Of a stretch of DNA of 64,000 nt, positions 60,563-64,000 are shown piece by piece. The position numbers and the translations under genes were made by a program. The number at the start of each line of letters is the position of its first letter. Position 1 is the first letter of the stretch. The notes beneath the pieces are model-generated. The model was not told where the DNA came from and did no database searches. It was given only the letters and a program-made list of their open reading frames with translations. This DNA comes from Candidatus Hermodarchaeota archaeon (GTDB lineage Archaea; Asgardarchaeota; Hermodarchaeia; Hermodarchaeales; Hermodarchaeaceae): contig JAEOUH010000047.1 of NCBI GenBank assembly GCA_016839365.1, positions 18,152 to 82,151 of the forward strand, written 5' to 3'.

Positions 60563-60991
60563 TTAGTCCAATTGAAGATCATCACGAAATTGAGGTTTTC
60601 CTTTCATAGTAGGGGGGCTGATATGGTCGATTACATCTTGGATGTTTTTTGCGTGAATTTCAACGCGTATTGGACCCATCGCAGAGTATTCATCTAAATC
60701 ACACAGGTGAAATCGATTCATGTAGGCCGCTTGCCGTTGCATCCCAAATACTATGGATCCATTCTGAAGTGATTTCAGTAATTGCTGTCTGACTGCTTCA
60801 AGAATGCGTTGTTCCCGGAATTTCTTAGCGAAGGTGGCAATAGATTCGGGGCCAGTGGCAGTACCTGTTAGAACAGCTCCAAATTCAGGATCTTCTTTGA
60901 ACTTACAGGTTATCGGAGGGCATAGATTCACAAAAGCTTGCTGCACTTTTTGCAGATTTTCTGTAGGATGAACGACTGCCCATAATCTCAC
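60563..60991 (-). CDS. DUF54/UPF0201 RNA-binding protein
   Basis: VHPTE...KV, RILEAVR, RQAAY, GPIRV, PPT..GKP. Confidence 0.75.
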   Translation of the reverse strand: MRLWAVVHPTENLQKVQQAFVNLCPPITCKFKEDPEFGAVLTGTATGPESIATFAKKFREQRILEAVRQQLLKSLQNGSIVFGMQRQAAYMNRFHLCDLDEYSAMGPIRVEIHAKNIQDVIDHISPPTMKGKPQFRDDLQLD

Positions 60992-61014
60992 TGAGATAAA
61001 CTACGCCCCCTCCT

Positions 61015-61584
61015 TCATTGGGTTAATTCGAAGACCTCAGTGAGTATGTGGCGAATTTGTGATTGAAGGTCTTCAGGCTCGCCTTCATTGACAATCATGA
61101 TGTCCGCCTGTGCGATTAACCGACCTAATCCGATGTCAAGTTCTCGACTATCTCTCTCAAACAATATATCATCAGTTAACGAGTCGTCGTCACGACCCCG
61201 CTGTCGTAGACGCTTATATCGAATTTTAGGAGCGGCATGAACTGCAACGACCTGTACATGATCTATGGCTTCTTTAAAGGCTTGCACTTCCGCTTCGCTT
61301 CTTGCCCCATCAATAACCACGGAGGGGCCAGTTACCTTTGATAGTGTTTCGATGACCCGCTGTGCGATTACGGCAGGTCCGAACTTTTCGCGCAGTTCTA
61401 TCATGACTTGACCTAGAGTTTGGGGGTTATGTGGGATTCGCCGCCGAGTCACTTCTTCACGAACAACATCGCCCATTACAAAAACAGGTATTCCCAAATC
61501 TTTAGCAACAGTTGCACCGATGGATTTTCCAGAGCCTGGCATGCCACAGAAAATGAGGGCTTTCTTTACGTGCAACATAACCAC
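61015..61584 (-). CDS. UPF0200 P-loop nucleotide kinase-like protein
   Basis: GMPGSGKS, MGDVVRE, DGAR, RGRDDD, RDSREL. Confidence 0.85.
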   Translation of the reverse strand: MVMLHVKKALIFCGMPGSGKSIGATVAKDLGIPVFVMGDVVREEVTRRRIPHNPQTLGQVMIELREKFGPAVIAQRVIETLSKVTGPSVVIDGARSEAEVQAFKEAIDHVQVVAVHAAPKIRYKRLRQRGRDDDSLTDDILFERDSRELDIGLGRLIAQADIMIVNEGEPEDLQSQIRHILTEVFELTQ

Positions 61585-61600
61585 AGTTCAGTATATGGGA

Positions 61601-62800
61601 TTACTTATACAAACTCTTGTCTTTGGACGTTTGGATAATTTCTACGTGTTTGAAGGTCGATTCATCCAGAGTCGCAAGTCCCCTCGATAAGGCATGGTGA
61701 AGGGCCCCTTTCAAGACACGATCCTTTAGATCTCGTCCTGAATAGCCTTCAGTGCGTCGAGCAAGTGACTCTAGATCTGCATCCACAGGCATTGGAAGGC
61801 TGGATGAATACTTTTGTAAAATTTGAAGTCTATCCTCATAATCAGGAAGACCAAAATAGATTTCCTCTTCAAATCGGCTTCGAAGTGCGGGGTCGAGGAA
61901 GTCTTGGCTATTAGTGGCGGCGATGACTACAACTCCTTCTTGATCTTCGATGAGATCGAATTGTGAGATAAGTGAATTCACCACTTCGGTTACATCGCCA
62001 CGGACAGATTGGAAGCCCCGATCGAGCCCAATTGAATCAATTTCATCAATGAATACGATACACGGTTTATTTCGGATTACGTCTTCAAAGAGCTTGTTGA
62101 CTTTGTCTGCCCCCGCTCCAACATGCTGCCCAATCAGAGAAGTTGCCTTAATGTAGGCAAACTCAGTTTGGGTTTCCCAGGCAAGAGCTCGAGCTAACAT
62201 GGTTTTTCCTGTTCCAGGTGGACCATAGAATAGCACTCGGCGTGGCGCCCACTCCGCAAACTGCTGCGGGTCGGCAATGTACTTCTGGATAATCAAGCAT
62301 TTTGCTTTTGCGTCTTCGTGACCAATTACGTCTTCAAATCCAATCTGGAGGGCTTTTGATGGAGTGTCATCGGGTGGTTCGACTAGTCGAATTCTTGTAT
62401 CTGCAACGATGTGTGCCTCCGTTGGGATAACGGATACGACTTCGAATGCAAAATCGGGGAGTAACAATTGGTCAAACAAATAATCGGCTGGTTTGACTTT
62501 GATACCTTGCCATTGATCAACAGCATAAGCACTAAAGAGCTTTTCATCCCGTATACGAAGTAAAGGATTAGTTGGAACGCTATTAACTTCAAGAGGATAG
62601 CCCGCGGGTCGCAAAATCACTTCCCTTGCGGGAACAATTTGTTGAGTTAGAGGATCACCAGATGTTCGAGAGATTTCAGCCAACGGTTTCCGCGTTCGGG
62701 ACGATTTCTTAGTCTTCAAGCAAACATTGCCTCCCAAAAGCAAGCTGTTCGCTTTTGGGAAGGGAGAATGATATAAAGTTTCCTGCTGATTTACCATCAA
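61601..62800 (-). CDS. AAA+ ATPase (COG1223 type); true start probably about 25 codons downstream
   Basis: LRPAGYP N-domain, [30 protein letters not shown]. Confidence 0.88.
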   Translation of the reverse strand: MMVNQQETLYHSPFPKANSLLLGGNVCLKTKKSSRTRKPLAEISRTSGDPLTQQIVPAREVILRPAGYPLEVNSVPTNPLLRIRDEKLFSAYAVDQWQGIKVKPADYLFDQLLLPDFAFEVVSVIPTEAHIVADTRIRLVEPPDDTPSKALQIGFEDVIGHEDAKAKCLIIQKYIADPQQFAEWAPRRVLFYGPPGTGKTMLARALAWETQTEFAYIKATSLIGQHVGAGADKVNKLFEDVIRNKPCIVFIDEIDSIGLDRGFQSVRGDVTEVVNSLISQFDLIEDQEGVVVIAATNSQDFLDPALRSRFEEEIYFGLPDYEDRLQILQKYSSSLPMPVDADLESLARRTEGYSGRDLKDRVLKGALHHALSRGLATLDESTFKHVEIIQTSKDKSLYK

Positions 62801-62816
62801 ATCAGTGAGATGATAT

Positions 62817-63398
62817 TTGATGGCAGAGATTCGATGTTTTATCGCTGTTGAAGTTGATGATTCGGATTTAATTCGAGAAATCAGTAAGATTCAACAAGCG
62901 CTGTTATCAAGCGGTGCAAAGTTGAAGCTCGTTGAACCCCAAAACCTTCACTTTACCCTCCATTTTCTAGGCAATATCATTGATGAAAGGATACCAGAAC
63001 TAACAAACATAATTGAACAGGTAAAAGGAGCTGTGTTTGAGGTTGAACTCAACGGCGTAGGATGTTTTCGTCCCCAAAGGCCCCGTGTGATTTGGAGTGG
63101 TACAACAACAGGAGCGGACCAACTTATACATCATCAGAAATTCCTCGGACGTGAACTTAGGATTCAAGGGTTCCCTTCAGAGAAGCGCAGCTATTCGCCA
63201 CACTTGACGGTTCTAAGAGTCCGAAGTGGATTGCACCGAGAAGAGCTTATGCAGATGGTTCAGCAATATGCAAACAAAGAATTCGGGAAATTTCTGGTCA
63301 AAGCGATTAAGCTTAAGAAAAGCATTCTCACGCCCAAAGGACCGATTTATGAGGACTTAGCAGTGAAAGAATTGGAAGGAGCCGATGATTTTCTTTGA
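62817..63398 (+). CDS. thpR: RNA 2',3'-cyclic phosphodiesterase
   Basis: RCFIA, two HxT motifs (HFTLHF, PHLT), PRVIW, LTPKGPIY. Confidence 0.93.
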   Translation: MMAEIRCFIAVEVDDSDLIREISKIQQALLSSGAKLKLVEPQNLHFTLHFLGNIIDERIPELTNIIEQVKGAVFEVELNGVGCFRPQRPRVIWSGTTTGADQLIHHQKFLGRELRIQGFPSEKRSYSPHLTVLRVRSGLHREELMQMVQQYANKEFGKFLVKAIKLKKSILTPKGPIYEDLAVKELEGADDFL

Positions 63399-63409
63399 GG
63401 TGATTAAAG

Positions 63410-64000
63410 ATGAAAATCCTTGTTACGGGTGCAACCGGGTTCATTGGACGAAATCTTGTGGCTAAGCTAGTTGAGGAGAAACATGATGTCACGGCCCTTG
63501 TCAGGAAAACAAGCGAAGTTAAGGGAATACCTAAAGAAGTTCGTCTTGTTGAAGGAGATCTTCTTGATTTAGCTTCCTTGGAAGAGGCAGCCAAAGGAGC
63601 TGAGATAGTTATCCATTTGGCCGCAATGTTTGATTTCTATCCAAAGGACGTTGATTTACTCTACCGTGTAAATGTGCAAGGAACTCGAAATCTATTGAGC
63701 GCATGTAAGAAATTCTCTGTCAGACGGTTTATCTACTGTTCTACCAGCGAAACGACTGGAGTGGTAGAAAATCCTCCTGCGACCGAGGATACAAAGCCTA
63801 ACCCAATGTATGAATATGGAAAAAGTAAGGTTGAGGCAGAACGAGTTGTCAGAGAGGTGGCGGTGGATGGTGAATTCGAATACATCGTTCTTCGCCCTGT
63901 GGGGGTTACCGGTCCTGGAGAATTCTATGTCGGATATGAAACCATAAAGGCGATTGCAAATAGAGAAATTTCGATGATTCCCGGTGATGGAAAAAAACGC
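63410..64000 (+). CDS. NAD-dependent epimerase/dehydratase (partial, runs off window)
   Basis: Manual translation: MKILVTGATGFIG...HLAA...NVQGT...YGKSK. Confidence 0.9.
   Translation, partial: MKILVTGATGFIGRNLVAKLVEEKHDVTALVRKTSEVKGIPKEVRLVEGDLLDLASLEEAAKGAEIVIHLAAMFDFYPKDVDLLYRVNVQGTRNLLSACKKFSVRRFIYCSTSETTGVVENPPATEDTKPNPMYEYGKSKVEAERVVREVAVDGEFEYIVLRPVGVTGPGEFYVGYETIKAIANREISMIPGDGKKR

Overview
Archaeal chromosomal core region with a TACK/Asgard-type gene layout: fused rpoB, split rpoA1/rpoA2, NusA-L30e, thermosome, PAN and TFE. An Asgard origin is inferred, not proven. It holds about 62 housekeeping CDSs (ribosomal proteins, RNA polymerase, EF-1alpha, glycine cleavage P, a MoxR/DUF58/transglutaminase-like operon, tRNA-modifying enzymes), 11 tRNA genes, a stand-alone 5S rRNA, the SRP RNA and an H/ACA-type guide RNA. 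The main signal is a spread of short bulge-helix-bulge (BHB) introns. Eight of the 11 tRNAs carry 12 introns, 8 of them at non-canonical sites, including position 8/9 and a three-intron tRNA-Met. The same intron type also appears to interrupt two non-tRNA targets. One is the dnaG mRNA: a 28-nt, frame-breaking intron whose BHB-predicted removal restores the conserved [16 protein letters not shown] motif. The other is the Alu domain of the SRP RNA: a 31-nt intron whose removal restores helix 3 and the loop-loop pseudoknot. The window also encodes RtcB, archease and an EndA subunit that lacks the catalytic His, consistent with a broad-specificity heteromeric endonuclease. All structures were folded by eye and no searches were run.
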